A stretch of DNA of 64,000 nt from the NCBI GenBank assembly GCA_964497805.1, contig CAZCFB010000006.1, positions 1,251-65,250 of the forward strand. The letters run 5' to 3'. The notes beneath the pieces were generated by a model, which saw only the letters and a list, made by a program, of their open reading frames with translations, made no database searches and had not been told where the DNA came from. The DNA comes from an uncultured Kofleriaceae bacterium (GTDB lineage Bacteria; Myxococcota_A; Polyangia; GCA-2747355; CAZCFB01). Below, piece after piece: positions 35,262 to 48,121 of this stretch. Within the stretch, counting starts at the first letter, position 1. Every line of letters begins with the position of its first letter. The position numbers and the translations under genes are program-made.

Positions 35262-36035
35262 ATGACCCGTCGACTTGTCCTGCCTGAGGGCCACCTCGGT
35301 GAGGGAGAGATCCATGTGTCCGGGCCACCGCTGCATTACCTGTCGCGGGTGCTGCGGCTGCGCGCTGGCGAACAGGTGGAGCTGCTGGACGGCACCGGGC
35401 GCCGCTGCCTGGCCACGCTGGAGAGCATCGCCAGGGACCGGGCCGTGCTACGGGTGACGGCGGAGCTCCCGGGGGAGCCCGCGCCGGACAGGGAGCTGCG
35501 GCTGGTGTACGGCCTCTCCCGTGGGCGGCGTACGGACTGGGTGCTGCAGAAGGCCACCGAGCTGGGCGTGGACTCGGTGTCCCTGGCCACCTGCCATCGC
35601 TCGGTGAAGCGCCCTGATCAGGCGCCGGAGAAGCTGGAGCGCTGGCGGGAGATCATGGCCCAGGCGGCCCGGCAGTGCGGGCGCGCGCGGTTCCCTGTCC
35701 TGCACCCGATCCGCGCCCTGGACCGTGCCCTGGAGCCTGTGCCTCCGGGGGGGATCGGCCTGGTGGCGCACCCGGGCGGCGAGGACCTGGACGGGCTGAC
35801 CGGGGCCGCGAGGGCGGGCTCGGGGCCGCTGATTGTGGCAGTGGGGCCGGAGGGCGGCTTCACCGAGGAGGAGGCAGACCTGGCTCGGGAGCGGGGATAC
35901 CGTCAGTTGAGCCTGGGGCCAAACACCTTACGCACCGAAACCGCCGCCGTGGTTTTGCTCGGCCTCGCCGGCTTCATGATGGGCAGAATGTCCGGCGCCC
36001 CGGTGCGCGAAAAAGGTGACGTTTCGAGTCTCTGA
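35262..36035 (+). CDS. rsmE: 16S rRNA (uracil1498-N3)-methyltransferase
   Basis: HYLSRVLRLRAGEQVELLDG (PUA-like N-terminus) and GPEGGFTEEE...LGPNTLRTETAA (SPOUT knot). Confidence 0.88.
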   Translation: MTRRLVLPEGHLGEGEIHVSGPPLHYLSRVLRLRAGEQVELLDGTGRRCLATLESIARDRAVLRVTAELPGEPAPDRELRLVYGLSRGRRTDWVLQKATELGVDSVSLATCHRSVKRPDQAPEKLERWREIMAQAARQCGRARFPVLHPIRALDRALEPVPPGGIGLVAHPGGEDLDGLTGAARAGSGPLIVAVGPEGGFTEEEADLARERGYRQLSLGPNTLRTETAAVVLLGLAGFMMGRMSGAPVREKGDVSSL

Positions 36036-36050
36036 CACTATAGTGTCCCC

Positions 36051-36584
36051 ATGCCTGACACTGGCCTTTCGTCAGTCAAACGCCCTGGATCTGCGCAGGA
36101 ACGCGGTGGCCCGGAGGTGGTCGTGGCCGGCTTCTGGCGCCGGTCGCTGGCCGCTTTGCTGGACCTTGTGATCATTGCGCCGGTGCTGTTTGGGCTGGCC
36201 TGGTTGGGCAAGCAGCTCACGGGTTACACCCTCCCCACGGCTAACAAGGTCAGGCTGGAGACTTTCCTGGAGATGATCATCGGCGGCGAAGGGATGCTCT
36301 ACAGCATGGTGGCCATGGTGATGGTCCTGGTGTTGCTCTACCTGGCCCTCTTCCTGCTCATCTCAGGGGCGACGCCTGGCTTGAAGATGTTGAAGTTGCG
36401 CGTGATCAATGTGTACGGGCAGACGCCTGAGTTGTGGCGGGTTGCGTTACGTTGCCTCGGATTTGTACTAAGCTGCGGCCTCATGGGGCTCGGCTTCTTC
36501 TGGATCGGCTTTGATCGGGAGAAGCGTGGGCTCCAGGACTGGGTGGCAGGCACATATGTCATCCACCAGGGGTCCGGGACTTGA
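36051..36584 (+). CDS. RDD-family membrane protein
   Basis: AGFWRRSLAALLDLVII, three TM segments, and GLQDWVAGTYV at the C-terminus. Confidence 0.75.
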   Translation: MPDTGLSSVKRPGSAQERGGPEVVVAGFWRRSLAALLDLVIIAPVLFGLAWLGKQLTGYTLPTANKVRLETFLEMIIGGEGMLYSMVAMVMVLVLLYLALFLLISGATPGLKMLKLRVINVYGQTPELWRVALRCLGFVLSCGLMGLGFFWIGFDREKRGLQDWVAGTYVIHQGSGT

Positions 36585-36605
36585 TGAAACCAACGAGAGG
36601 GAACC

Positions 36606-39254
<2,649 letters not shown>

Positions 39255-39416
39255 CCTGACCTACCCGCCTCTTCGTACCTAAATTGCAGGCGAAGTAATT
39301 TCCTGACACCTCCGTGTTTGAAGAACAGCCACGCTCGGCGCGGGCGGCGTATAGGGGGAGAAGTGCCTGGAAGGCCTGACTGTTGAACCACGGATCCCTG
39401 AATACGAGGAGGAACC

Positions 39417-41759
39417 ATGCGAATCACTAATCCGCTCCTGGCCATGTCCCTGGTCATCGCCATGGTGGGGTGCACAAACCTGGATGAAGATTTTTCCAAC
39501 AACACCGATGGAGGGAATGTGACTCCGGACCTGTTCGGCTCCGGAGCGGACGGCGCCCTGGCCTGCACCGACCCCAGCGCCGACGATGACGGGGACGGCA
39601 TCAGCAACGCCCTTGAGGGGTGCCTGACCGGGCGGGACTCGGACCAGGACAAGACCCCGGACTGGCTGGACTTCGACTCTGATGGAGACAAGATCCCGGA
39701 CAGCCTGGAGAAGGGCGCCAAGGACAAGAACGGCAAGTGCGCGGGCTCCAAGAACGGCAAGTACCCCTGTGACACCGACGGCGACGGGGTGCCTGACTAC
39801 CTGGACAAGGACTCCGACGGTGACGGCCTCCAGGACGGGGAAGAGGACAACAACTACGACGGCCTGCTCGGTTGCTGCCTGAAGAAATGCGGGGAGCCAG
39901 ACATCAAGTGGCAGAAGGCCAACTGCATCCTGGAAAAGGACGGCTGCGGCAGCGGCCAGAAATGCGTCAACAAGGTGTGCACCCCGTCGGCCGCGTTCAA
40001 GTGCTCCGAGGGGGAAACCATCCCGCTGAAGAAGGACACCTTCGGCGACGGCAAGCTGGACAACGAGCGCGGCACCTTCATCTGCCGGGACGCCACCGAG
40101 GACAAGCCCGTTGGGCGCAAGCCGGTGCAGCTGCGCCGGGACCAGGACGGTGACTGGTACATCGCCATCGAGAAGTTCGCCAAGTACGGCACCATCACCG
40201 TGGCCGGGGCCAACAAGACCAACAAGCTGGCTGCAGGCTCCATCAACTACGACAAGACCACCGACGAGGTGGCCGGCTTCGTGCTCTCCAAGGCCACCTC
40301 CAACAGCTCCATCCAGACGGAGATGACCGCCCTGATCGCCCTGCTCAAGAGCGCTGGGCTCGGCACCCTCACGGTGCGGGCCTCCGGAATCCAGGGCAAG
40401 AGCCATGACTTCTACGATCAGGTGGAGGGCACCATCGTGGACATCCAGGCCAGCTCCACCGACGTGAGCTCCGCGCGCAACCAGGTGGTGGCGGCCCTGC
40501 TGGGCAAGCAGCTGTCTGACCTGACCAACGTGTCCTCGCCCTTCGGCTCCAGCCACTCCACGCTGGTGCTGCGCTTCACCACTGTGCGCCGCTTCGCCTT
40601 CAAGAAGGACTCAAAGGGCGAGGTGATCAAGGACAGCAAGGGCTACCCCACCGACGACAACGACAGCACCAAGTGGCGCACCGTTATCATGGGCGCCGTG
40701 GCCTCCAAGACCAACTACCAGAACCCGAAGCTGCAGACCGGCTTTTTGGTGAGCGACCTGTCCAACGGGACCGCGGTGGCCATCGCCAAGGACAGGGTGG
40801 TCAACGAGTGCGACGTGGGCACCATCATCCAGCTGCCCATCGCGGACATCATCTGGGTCATCGACGAGTCAGGCTCCATGAGCGACGAGCGCCAGGACGT
40901 GGTGAACAACGCCAACAACTTCTTCTCCCGGGCCCTGGCCTCGGGCCTGGACTTCCGCATGGGCGTGACCAACGTGGTGCACCCGCCCAACACCAAGTGC
41001 ATCGGCAAGTTCTGCTCCAAGATCAGCTCCAACACCTCGGACGACGGCGGGACAGATCGCTTCCTGCTGCCCACCGAGCAGAACATCTTCTCCTCCTGCA
41101 TCAAGAACCCCACCTGCTACGAGGGGGGCAGCGAGTACAGCCTGCTCAACGCCAAGACCGCGGTGACCCGGCACCTGCCCCGGGCCTCCAACGATCCGCT
41201 CAAGATCCGCACCAACGCCACCCTGGTGATCATCGTGGCCACCGACGAGATCGCCAACGGCCTGTCGGGCATCCTCGGTTACTCCTCCAAGCCATGCCCC
41301 CTGGACGCCACCACCAAGACCAAGCTGGACCAGGCGCTGCAGCCCTACCTGAACCTCTTCACCGGCGTTACAGATCCGGAGGCGCGGGCCATGTACCACA
41401 TCATCGGCAACGTTTGCGGCAGCAGCACCTCGCAAGTAAACCACGGCCACATGACCCTGGCCAACAAGCTGGGCGGCCAGTCAGCCTCCATCAAGCAGAA
41501 GAACCTGGGCAACACCCTGCAGGTGATCATCGACGCCATCATCGGCGAGGCCTCGCCCGTGAAGCTGGACTACGTGCCCATCTCCTCCTCCCTGGCAGTG
41601 GCCATGGACGCGGTGGAGGTCAAGCGCAGCCGCACCAACGGCTTCGACTTCAGCACCCAGACCAAGTCGCTGGTCTTCATCAACGTGAAGTACAAGAAGG
41701 GCAGCGAGGTCATCGCCTCCTACAAGCGGTGGCAGCGGCAGTCCAACGAGCCCGGTTAA
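39417..41759 (+). CDS. Lipoprotein with thrombospondin type-3 (Ca-binding) repeats and a von Willebrand factor A domain
   Basis: The lipobox is LVIAMVGCTN. The TSP3-type DxDxDGxxDxxD repeats include DDDGDGISNALE, DSDGDKIPD, DTDGDGVPDYLDKDSDGDGLQDGEED. The VWA MIDAS region is IIWVIDESGSMSDE. Confidence 0.8.
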   Translation: MRITNPLLAMSLVIAMVGCTNLDEDFSNNTDGGNVTPDLFGSGADGALACTDPSADDDGDGISNALEGCLTGRDSDQDKTPDWLDFDSDGDKIPDSLEKGAKDKNGKCAGSKNGKYPCDTDGDGVPDYLDKDSDGDGLQDGEEDNNYDGLLGCCLKKCGEPDIKWQKANCILEKDGCGSGQKCVNKVCTPSAAFKCSEGETIPLKKDTFGDGKLDNERGTFICRDATEDKPVGRKPVQLRRDQDGDWYIAIEKFAKYGTITVAGANKTNKLAAGSINYDKTTDEVAGFVLSKATSNSSIQTEMTALIALLKSAGLGTLTVRASGIQGKSHDFYDQVEGTIVDIQASSTDVSSARNQVVAALLGKQLSDLTNVSSPFGSSHSTLVLRFTTVRRFAFKKDSKGEVIKDSKGYPTDDNDSTKWRTVIMGAVASKTNYQNPKLQTGFLVSDLSNGTAVAIAKDRVVNECDVGTIIQLPIADIIWVIDESGSMSDERQDVVNNANNFFSRALASGLDFRMGVTNVVHPPNTKCIGKFCSKISSNTSDDGGTDRFLLPTEQNIFSSCIKNPTCYEGGSEYSLLNAKTAVTRHLPRASNDPLKIRTNATLVIIVATDEIANGLSGILGYSSKPCPLDATTKTKLDQALQPYLNLFTGVTDPEARAMYHIIGNVCGSSTSQVNHGHMTLANKLGGQSASIKQKNLGNTLQVIIDAIIGEASPVKLDYVPISSSLAVAMDAVEVKRSRTNGFDFSTQTKSLVFINVKYKKGSEVIASYKRWQRQSNEPG

Positions 41760-41883
41760 GAAGCAGGCGGTCCCCTCCGCCACATTCTCTCGGGAACCAA
41801 TTACATCCCCCGGCGTCTAAGCCTCCTGTGACCGCCTGATAGGCGGCTCGACATCCATTCATCGATCACTGCAGGAGGGAGCC

Positions 41884-44799
41884 ATGGGTATCCGCCGCCC
41901 GGGTGGAGTGCTGTTCGTCTGTCTTACCGTCGCCGTTTCAGTGCTGTTCTTGCCGTGGATCGCCCGGGCGACCAGGAAGCCGGAGGTGTCCAGCGGCGGC
42001 TACATGAAGGCGCGGGACAAAAAGGGCAAGACCCTGGTCCTGCCCCTGCGGCACACCGCGGTGGACGCGCAGGTGGCCGGGGCCGTGGCCTCGGTGAAGG
42101 TTACTCAGCACTTCGTGAACCCCTCCAGCGGCCCCATCGAGGCGGTGTACGTCTTCCCGCTGCCTCACCGGGCGGCGGTGTACGGCATGACCATCACCGT
42201 GGGGAACAGGCGCATCCGGGCCGTGGTCAAGGAGCGGCGGAAAGCGCGGGCCGTGTACCTGCGCGCCAGGGCGGCGGGCAAGACGGCTGCCCTTCTGGAG
42301 CAGGAGCGCCCCAACATCTTCACCCAGTCGGTGGCCAACATCATGCCCGGCGAGCAGATCCGGGTGGAGCTCAAGTACGTGGAGGACCTGCTCCCCGACG
42401 GGGCCCGCTATGAGTTCGTGTTCCCCATGGTGGTGGGGCCGCGCTACATGGGCGGCAGCGCGCCGGCGAGGACCTCCAGCGGTGGGAAGGGCTGGGCCAG
42501 GGACAGCAGGCGGGTGCCGGACGCCTCACGCATCTCGCCCAGGCTGCTGCGCAAGGGCAAGCGGCCGGGGCGGGACATCTCCCTTCGCCTGCGCATCGAC
42601 GGCGGGGGTGTGGCGGTGAAGCACCTGCGGGTGATCACCCATGGCGCCAGCGTGAGCGACAACCAGGGCGTGCCCACCGTCACCCTCGACCCGGCGGACA
42701 CCATCCCGAACAAGGACTTCGTGGCGCGCTATCAGCTCTCCGGCGCGCGGCCGGAGGTCGGGGTGCTCACCCACCGTGACGCCCGCGGCGGGCACCTGCT
42801 GCTCATGATCCAGCCCAGGGAGAAGATGCGGCCGGAGCACATCGCCCCGCGTGAGTTCGTCTTCGTGGTGGACAACTCCGGCTCCATGTACGGCTTCCCC
42901 ATGCAGCAGGCGCGGGCGGTGATGCGGCGGTCGCTCAAGAGCCTACGCAACCGGGACACCTTCCAGGTGATCAAGTTCGCCGGGGCGCCGGACCAGCTGG
43001 CGCGGAGGCCGCTGTTCGCCACGCAGGCCAACATCCGCCGGGGCATGAGGTACATCAAACGCATGCAGGGCGGGGGCGGCACCGAGTTTCTGCCCGCCCT
43101 GCAGCGGGCGCTGCGCGCGCCCAAGGACCCCACCCGGGCGCGGGTGGTGCTGTTCATCACCGACGGGTACATCGGCTACGAACATGAGGTGCTGCGCTAC
43201 CTGCGCAAGTACGGCGGCGAGAGCAACATCTTCGCCCTGGGCATCGGCTCCTCGGTGAACCGCTTCCTCATCGACGGAATGGCCCGCATCGGCGGCGGGC
43301 GGCCCTTCTACCTGCTCAACCAGGAGAACGCCTCGGCCAAGGTGGAGAAGATCTTCTCAACCATCTCCCGGCCCTCCATGACCAACATCGACCTGGAGTG
43401 GCGCGGGGTGTCGGTTTCGGACATGAGCCCGCGGGCCATCCCAGATCTGTTCGGGGGGAGGCCTGTGGTGTTGGCCGGGCGCTTCTCCGGCTCGGGGCAG
43501 GGCACGGTGACGGTGCACGGCCGGCTGGCTGGCAAGCCGTTTCGCAAGGAGGTGAAGGTCTCTCTGCCCGCACGGCCCGGCGGGAGCAACGAGGCGGTGG
43601 CTTACCTGTGGGCCAGGCGCCGCATCGCCAACCAGATGGACCGCTACGCCACGGAGCAGGGGGAGCAGAAGGCGATCAAGAAGTCGGTAACCAGCACCGC
43701 GCTGGCCTACAACCTGATGAGCCGCTTCACCAGCCTGGTGGCCGTGGACGAGCGGGTGCGCAACATCACTGGCCAGAGCAAGAGGGCGGATGTGCCGGTG
43801 CCGTTGCCCGCCGGGGTGAGCGAGCGCGCTGCGCCTCCGGGGGCGTATGGCGTCAGGGGGCCAGCCGCCGCCGCCAGCAGGAGCGGCGTGCTGGGGCTGC
43901 TCAAGAGCGGCATGCACAAGGGGGAGGAGGGGAAGATGGCCTTCGCGGAGGGATCGGCCCTGGGCTCCGACGCTGACAAGGCCATCGGCAGCCTCATCGG
44001 CGGTCAGGTGGGCGAGACATACGGGATCGGCGGGCTGGGGCTCAAGGGCACGGGCCGGGGCGGCGGCGGCGGCACCGGGTCTGGCACCATCGGGCTCGGT
44101 ACCCTGGGGACCATCGGAAAGGGCGGCGGCGGTTCGGGCGCGGGGTACGGGCGCGGCGTGGGCCGGCTGCGGGGACGGCGGGCCAGCGCCTCATCGGTGA
44201 GGGCTGGCAACGCCACGGTCCGCGGGGCTCTGTCCAAGGAGATCATCCGACGTGTCATCCGGCGCCACAGTAACGAGGTGCGTTACTGCTACCAGAAGGG
44301 GCTCCAGGGTGATCCGGCCATGGCTGGCCAGGTGAAGGTCGGCTTCACCATCTCGCCCTCGGGGCAGGTGACAGGGGCCAGGGTCTCCGGCTCCAGCCTG
44401 GGCGACGCGGAGGTGGAGGAGTGTGTGACGGAGGCGGTGGGGCGGTGGCAGTTTCCGCAGCCGAAGGGGGGAGGGATGGTGATGGTTAATTATCCGTTCA
44501 GGTTGGGGAAGGAGGCGGATATCAGGGCGAAGGAGGCGGCGGCAAAAAAACCGAAGAAGGCGGTTGAGAAACCCTCGACGTCGCCGGCCGCACCTACGTC
44601 CAAGCCTACGGCCGCACCCGCGCCCACGCCTGCGCCAGCGTCCAAGCCCAAGCATGCGCCCTCGCCCCCGCCCAAGGTCAGGGCGAAGCCGGATCCTCGG
44701 TCGCCTGAGAGTGATGGGGGGTGCAGTTTGGGTGGGGCTTCTCGGGGAGGGTGGTTAATGTTGCTGTTGCTCTTCCTGCGGCTGCGTTTCAGACGCTGA
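41884..44799 (+). CDS. VIT + VWA surface protein with an AgmX/PglI-type (TonB-C-like) domain and a MYXO-CTERM-like sorting tail
   Basis: The VIT region is VASVKVTQHFVNPSSGPIEAVYVFPLP...MTITVGNRRIRAVVKERRKA. The VWA MIDAS region is FVFVVDNSGSMYG. A Gly-rich linker follows. The AgmX/PglI-like block is IIRRVIRRHSNEVRYCYQKGL...VNYPFRL. A Pro/Ala/Lys linker follows. The terminal GGCSLGGASRGGWLMLLLLFLRLRFRR is Gly-Cys, a TM segment and an Arg cluster. Confidence 0.8.
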   Translation: MGIRRPGGVLFVCLTVAVSVLFLPWIARATRKPEVSSGGYMKARDKKGKTLVLPLRHTAVDAQVAGAVASVKVTQHFVNPSSGPIEAVYVFPLPHRAAVYGMTITVGNRRIRAVVKERRKARAVYLRARAAGKTAALLEQERPNIFTQSVANIMPGEQIRVELKYVEDLLPDGARYEFVFPMVVGPRYMGGSAPARTSSGGKGWARDSRRVPDASRISPRLLRKGKRPGRDISLRLRIDGGGVAVKHLRVITHGASVSDNQGVPTVTLDPADTIPNKDFVARYQLSGARPEVGVLTHRDARGGHLLLMIQPREKMRPEHIAPREFVFVVDNSGSMYGFPMQQARAVMRRSLKSLRNRDTFQVIKFAGAPDQLARRPLFATQANIRRGMRYIKRMQGGGGTEFLPALQRALRAPKDPTRARVVLFITDGYIGYEHEVLRYLRKYGGESNIFALGIGSSVNRFLIDGMARIGGGRPFYLLNQENASAKVEKIFSTISRPSMTNIDLEWRGVSVSDMSPRAIPDLFGGRPVVLAGRFSGSGQGTVTVHGRLAGKPFRKEVKVSLPARPGGSNEAVAYLWARRRIANQMDRYATEQGEQKAIKKSVTSTALAYNLMSRFTSLVAVDERVRNITGQSKRADVPVPLPAGVSERAAPPGAYGVRGPAAAASRSGVLGLLKSGMHKGEEGKMAFAEGSALGSDADKAIGSLIGGQVGETYGIGGLGLKGTGRGGGGGTGSGTIGLGTLGTIGKGGGGSGAGYGRGVGRLRGRRASASSVRAGNATVRGALSKEIIRRVIRRHSNEVRYCYQKGLQGDPAMAGQVKVGFTISPSGQVTGARVSGSSLGDAEVEECVTEAVGRWQFPQPKGGGMVMVNYPFRLGKEADIRAKEAAAKKPKKAVEKPSTSPAAPTSKPTAAPAPTPAPASKPKHAPSPPPKVRAKPDPRSPESDGGCSLGGASRGGWLMLLLLFLRLRFRR

Positions 44800-45919
44800 T
44801 GTCCGCCATCCTGGCCACGCCCGCTGCCAGGCGGGTCGCGCCTCCGAGGCCCACGGTTGGGGAGACCGCCACGCGGATGGTGGGGCCGAGGGCCACGGTG
44901 ATGGGGGCGCCGTTGCTCGTTATCACCTCTCCATCCACGGTGTAGATCGGCTCGTTGGTGCGGATCTCGAATCGCTGGGCCGTGGTGTTGATGTAGCGCG
45001 GATCCACGGGAAATGAGTCCTTGCCCAGGTAGGCCAGGGCCAGCCGCTTCCAGGTCGAAACCGGCTCCAGCAGCGCCTTGGCGTCAATGGGGCGGTGGCC
45101 GCGGATGAGCATGGGGAAGAGCAGCGCGAGCTCCCTGCGGCTGATGGCGTAGTTCATGGTGTAGAAGGTCTCGCGCCCCCGGGGGCCAGGGAACGGCTCA
45201 GCGGCGATATGAACCTTGCCGGTGACGTTGCAGAAGGCGCCGGCCCAGCGGTCGTACGGCAGGCGCTCCTCGTCGAGGTAGATGTCGCCGTCCATCTCGG
45301 CCAGCACCGGCTGGAAATCGTCGGGCTTGCCGGTGAAGGCCGAGGTCATGGACTTGCCCGCGATGGCGAGCGCGGCCGGGATACCCTTGGTGCCGTTCTC
45401 ATACTCGTTGAGGATGCGCACCAGCGGGCCCATGCCGAAGGTGAAGCAGTAGTGCAGGTCGTCGCCCTGGCGCACCTCCAGCAGGGGCACCTCCTTGAGC
45501 AGCAGCTCCCCACCCCTGTAGGCCCGGATGATGTCCTGGAAGTTCTGCGCCGGCTTGCCGCTCATGCCGCACCAGCGGGCGGCCACGTTCATGGTGCCGC
45601 CGCCGATGAAGGCGAGCTGGGGCTGCTCCTCCTGCATCTCGGTGAAGAGACGGTTGAGGATGCGCTGGATGGTGCCGTCGCCGCCGTAGATGCAGAGGAG
45701 CTGGGTCTTCTGGCCCAGGTCGCTCAGGGCGGGGCCGATGTCCGAGATCCGGTCGGTGACGATGCGCCGCACATGCTGAGCTTCATCCGAGTCGAAGATG
45801 GCAGCCAGCTTCTTCCAGCGCCCCCCCGCCTGGGGATTGCAGAGGATGACGATGTCCAGGTCGGACGGTACATCGTCCTCGTCGCCCTTCTTATTCTCTT
45901 TCTTTTCGGCCTCGCTCAT
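44789..45919 (-). CDS. Diacylglycerol/lipid kinase family protein (DAGK_cat, YegS-like)
   Basis: IVILCNPQAGG and LLCIYGGDGTIQRILN (GGDGT motif). Its 3' end overlaps the convergent gene by 11 nt. Confidence 0.8.
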   Translation of the reverse strand: MSEAEKKENKKGDEDDVPSDLDIVILCNPQAGGRWKKLAAIFDSDEAQHVRRIVTDRISDIGPALSDLGQKTQLLCIYGGDGTIQRILNRLFTEMQEEQPQLAFIGGGTMNVAARWCGMSGKPAQNFQDIIRAYRGGELLLKEVPLLEVRQGDDLHYCFTFGMGPLVRILNEYENGTKGIPAALAIAGKSMTSAFTGKPDDFQPVLAEMDGDIYLDEERLPYDRWAGAFCNVTGKVHIAAEPFPGPRGRETFYTMNYAISRRELALLFPMLIRGHRPIDAKALLEPVSTWKRLALAYLGKDSFPVDPRYINTTAQRFEIRTNEPIYTVDGEVITSNGAPITVALGPTIRVAVSPTVGLGGATRLAAGVARMADISV

Positions 45920-45952
45920 GCCCCGGATGCTAGGCAGCCAAGGCGCGCCAGG

Positions 45953-48097
45953 TCAAGGCGTAGCGACCCAGATGGGGCTGCTCCAGGCCGATTCCCCGTC
46001 CTCTTGCACCAGGGTTACACGCAAGACGCTGGCCTCCTGGCCCCGAGGGGGGGCCACCGTGTGCCGCAGGATCAGGTTCGGTCCGCCCGCCCCGGAGGCC
46101 ACCACCTCGCCGTCCTGAAGCAGGGCCAGCCGGCTGATGGGCGCGGTGCCGTGGGCGCGCACCACGAGCTCCGCCGGGCCAGGCAGGTCCACCTCGCTGC
46201 CCATGGGCGAGCCCTGGAGATCCATGTGCAGCAGGATTCGGGCGCCGCTGGTTGCGTAGCAGCGGCGGGCGCGCAGACCCGCCAGCAGTGACTCCCGCGT
46301 GTGCTCGCAGAACACGGCGGCCAGGCCGCAGCGGTTGGGGTCAGCCTTGAAGCCCACCCCGTGGTGCCAGCGCAGCCCGTGGGCGTCGGTGCCGCCGATG
46401 AGCCCGAAGCGGAGACCCGCGGTCAAGGCGTCCTGGATGTACTGGCCCGGGAGCAGGACATCGGGCCTGGGCGGCAGGTGGGTGTCGCCGCCGTCCTCAT
46501 AGGAGCCGTGCACCGAGCAGACCTCCCACACGGGCTGCACCGTCGGGTCGTGGCGATCCAGATCCGCGCCGGTCCAGGCGGTGTGGTGGGGCGCGGCCAG
46601 CGAGGGATGCGCGGCCAGCATCTTGTCCAGCTCATCCGGATCGCGGCCGGGGAGCGCCGCCGGCACCTCGTGATCGAAGTAGACGCACTTATGCCCGCGG
46701 CCAGGGAGGCGGCTGCCGGTGAACTCGAACCCGCGCAGGGTGACGAAGCGGCCTGGCTCGTAGAAGGCGTCGGCCAGCTCCACCTGCCGGCGCCAGGTCA
46801 GGGGGCCGATGCAGCCGCCGGCCAGGCCGTCGTGATCCGTGAGCGCGGCGAAGTCATGGCCGTACAGGTCCCGGGCCCGGCGGTACATATCCTCCGCGGT
46901 GCCGAGGCCGTCCGACTCCAGGGAGTGTTGGTGGATGTCGCCGAACAGGGGTCGCTCCCCGGATGCCGGCTCGGGGCCGGGCACCATGGGCTCCGTGGCG
47001 GGCGCCTGTCCGGACGGCGCGGCCTCACCTTCGGGCGCACAGAGCGTGGCCAGGGACATGCCCTTGGGCGTGCCCCGCAGCAGGCGCACCGCTCCGTCCA
47101 GCTCCGCCAGGCAGAGGGTCCGCGATCTGCCGCTCCACCCGGTGCGGCCAAGGTCCAGGCGCGGGGTCCAGCGATCCCCGGACAGGTACTGGGCGCGGAA
47201 GCCCTGGGCCGACCGGCCAGCCAGCCAGGCGCCATCTCCGCGGCAGAGCAGGGCGGGGGCCTCCCAGCCCTGGTCCTCGCCAGCGTCTCCTCGCTCCAGG
47301 TGCATGTCTTCCAGGGGGAGGGGCGGGTCCAGGCGGCGCCACTGGCCGTCTCCCTCCAGCCGGGCCAGCCGGGGCCAGCGCAGCACGCCGTGGGCGCAGG
47401 GGCCCTGCCACGCTGCGTACCAGCCGCCCTCTGCGTCAGCCGCGAGCACCGGCAACTCGGCCCGCGGATCCCGGGCCAGGAGCTCAGCGTCCTCCGGCCC
47501 ATCCGGGCCCAGGCGGGCGCACCACACCTGATGGTCAGACACCCAGATCAGGCGGGCCTCCTCGCCCGCGCTGCCCAGCCCGCACGCCGTGCCAGGGAAG
47601 GAGCGCATGTGCTCAAAGTGCCCGCCGGCGTCGAGCCGCCCCAGCCGCACCTGCCACGCACGTTCGCGCCTGCGGCCGCTCAGATCATGCTCGCACCAGG
47701 CGGCCCATGCCACCTCGGCGCCGCCCGCCAGGCAGGGCCGGTGACCTGGCGCCAGCCCCAGAGTCACGGGCTCGCCGCCGTCAAGCACCATGGTCGGGCG
47801 CAGGTCCGGAGCGCCGAGGAAGAGCAGCAGCAGGCGCCCGCCGAGGTTGGCCAGCCGGGGCTGGATGCCGTCCCAGCCGTCCTCCTCCCGCAGCCGCCCC
47901 CCGAGGTCCACGGTGCCCAGGTGGATCACCTCGCGCCTGGGCGTGGCGTCGGCCCATACGGCGCGCAGGAGCTGCTCGCCTGGCAGGGGCAGGGCGTCCA
48001 CCTCGGTGGCCAGGGAGCGCGGTTCGAGCAGGAGATCATCTGATGGCTGCATCTGCTTCATCCTCGGCGTGTTGCGTTTTGGGCTGGCGTGCGACAT
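45953..48097 (-). CDS. PHP-domain metal-dependent phosphoesterase-like protein with a large N-terminal domain
   Basis: GDIHQHSLESDGLGTAEDMYRRARDLYGHDFAALTDHD is PHP motifs I-II. Later His motifs include HHTAW and GGTDAHG. The N-terminal ~370 aa are unassigned. The start could be an internal Met. Confidence 0.65.
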   Translation of the reverse strand: MSHASPKRNTPRMKQMQPSDDLLLEPRSLATEVDALPLPGEQLLRAVWADATPRREVIHLGTVDLGGRLREEDGWDGIQPRLANLGGRLLLLFLGAPDLRPTMVLDGGEPVTLGLAPGHRPCLAGGAEVAWAAWCEHDLSGRRRERAWQVRLGRLDAGGHFEHMRSFPGTACGLGSAGEEARLIWVSDHQVWCARLGPDGPEDAELLARDPRAELPVLAADAEGGWYAAWQGPCAHGVLRWPRLARLEGDGQWRRLDPPLPLEDMHLERGDAGEDQGWEAPALLCRGDGAWLAGRSAQGFRAQYLSGDRWTPRLDLGRTGWSGRSRTLCLAELDGAVRLLRGTPKGMSLATLCAPEGEAAPSGQAPATEPMVPGPEPASGERPLFGDIHQHSLESDGLGTAEDMYRRARDLYGHDFAALTDHDGLAGGCIGPLTWRRQVELADAFYEPGRFVTLRGFEFTGSRLPGRGHKCVYFDHEVPAALPGRDPDELDKMLAAHPSLAAPHHTAWTGADLDRHDPTVQPVWEVCSVHGSYEDGGDTHLPPRPDVLLPGQYIQDALTAGLRFGLIGGTDAHGLRWHHGVGFKADPNRCGLAAVFCEHTRESLLAGLRARRCYATSGARILLHMDLQGSPMGSEVDLPGPAELVVRAHGTAPISRLALLQDGEVVASGAGGPNLILRHTVAPPRGQEASVLRVTLVQEDGESAWSSPIWVATP

Positions 48098-48121
48098 AAA
48101 CTACGGCAAAACGTCCATCCA

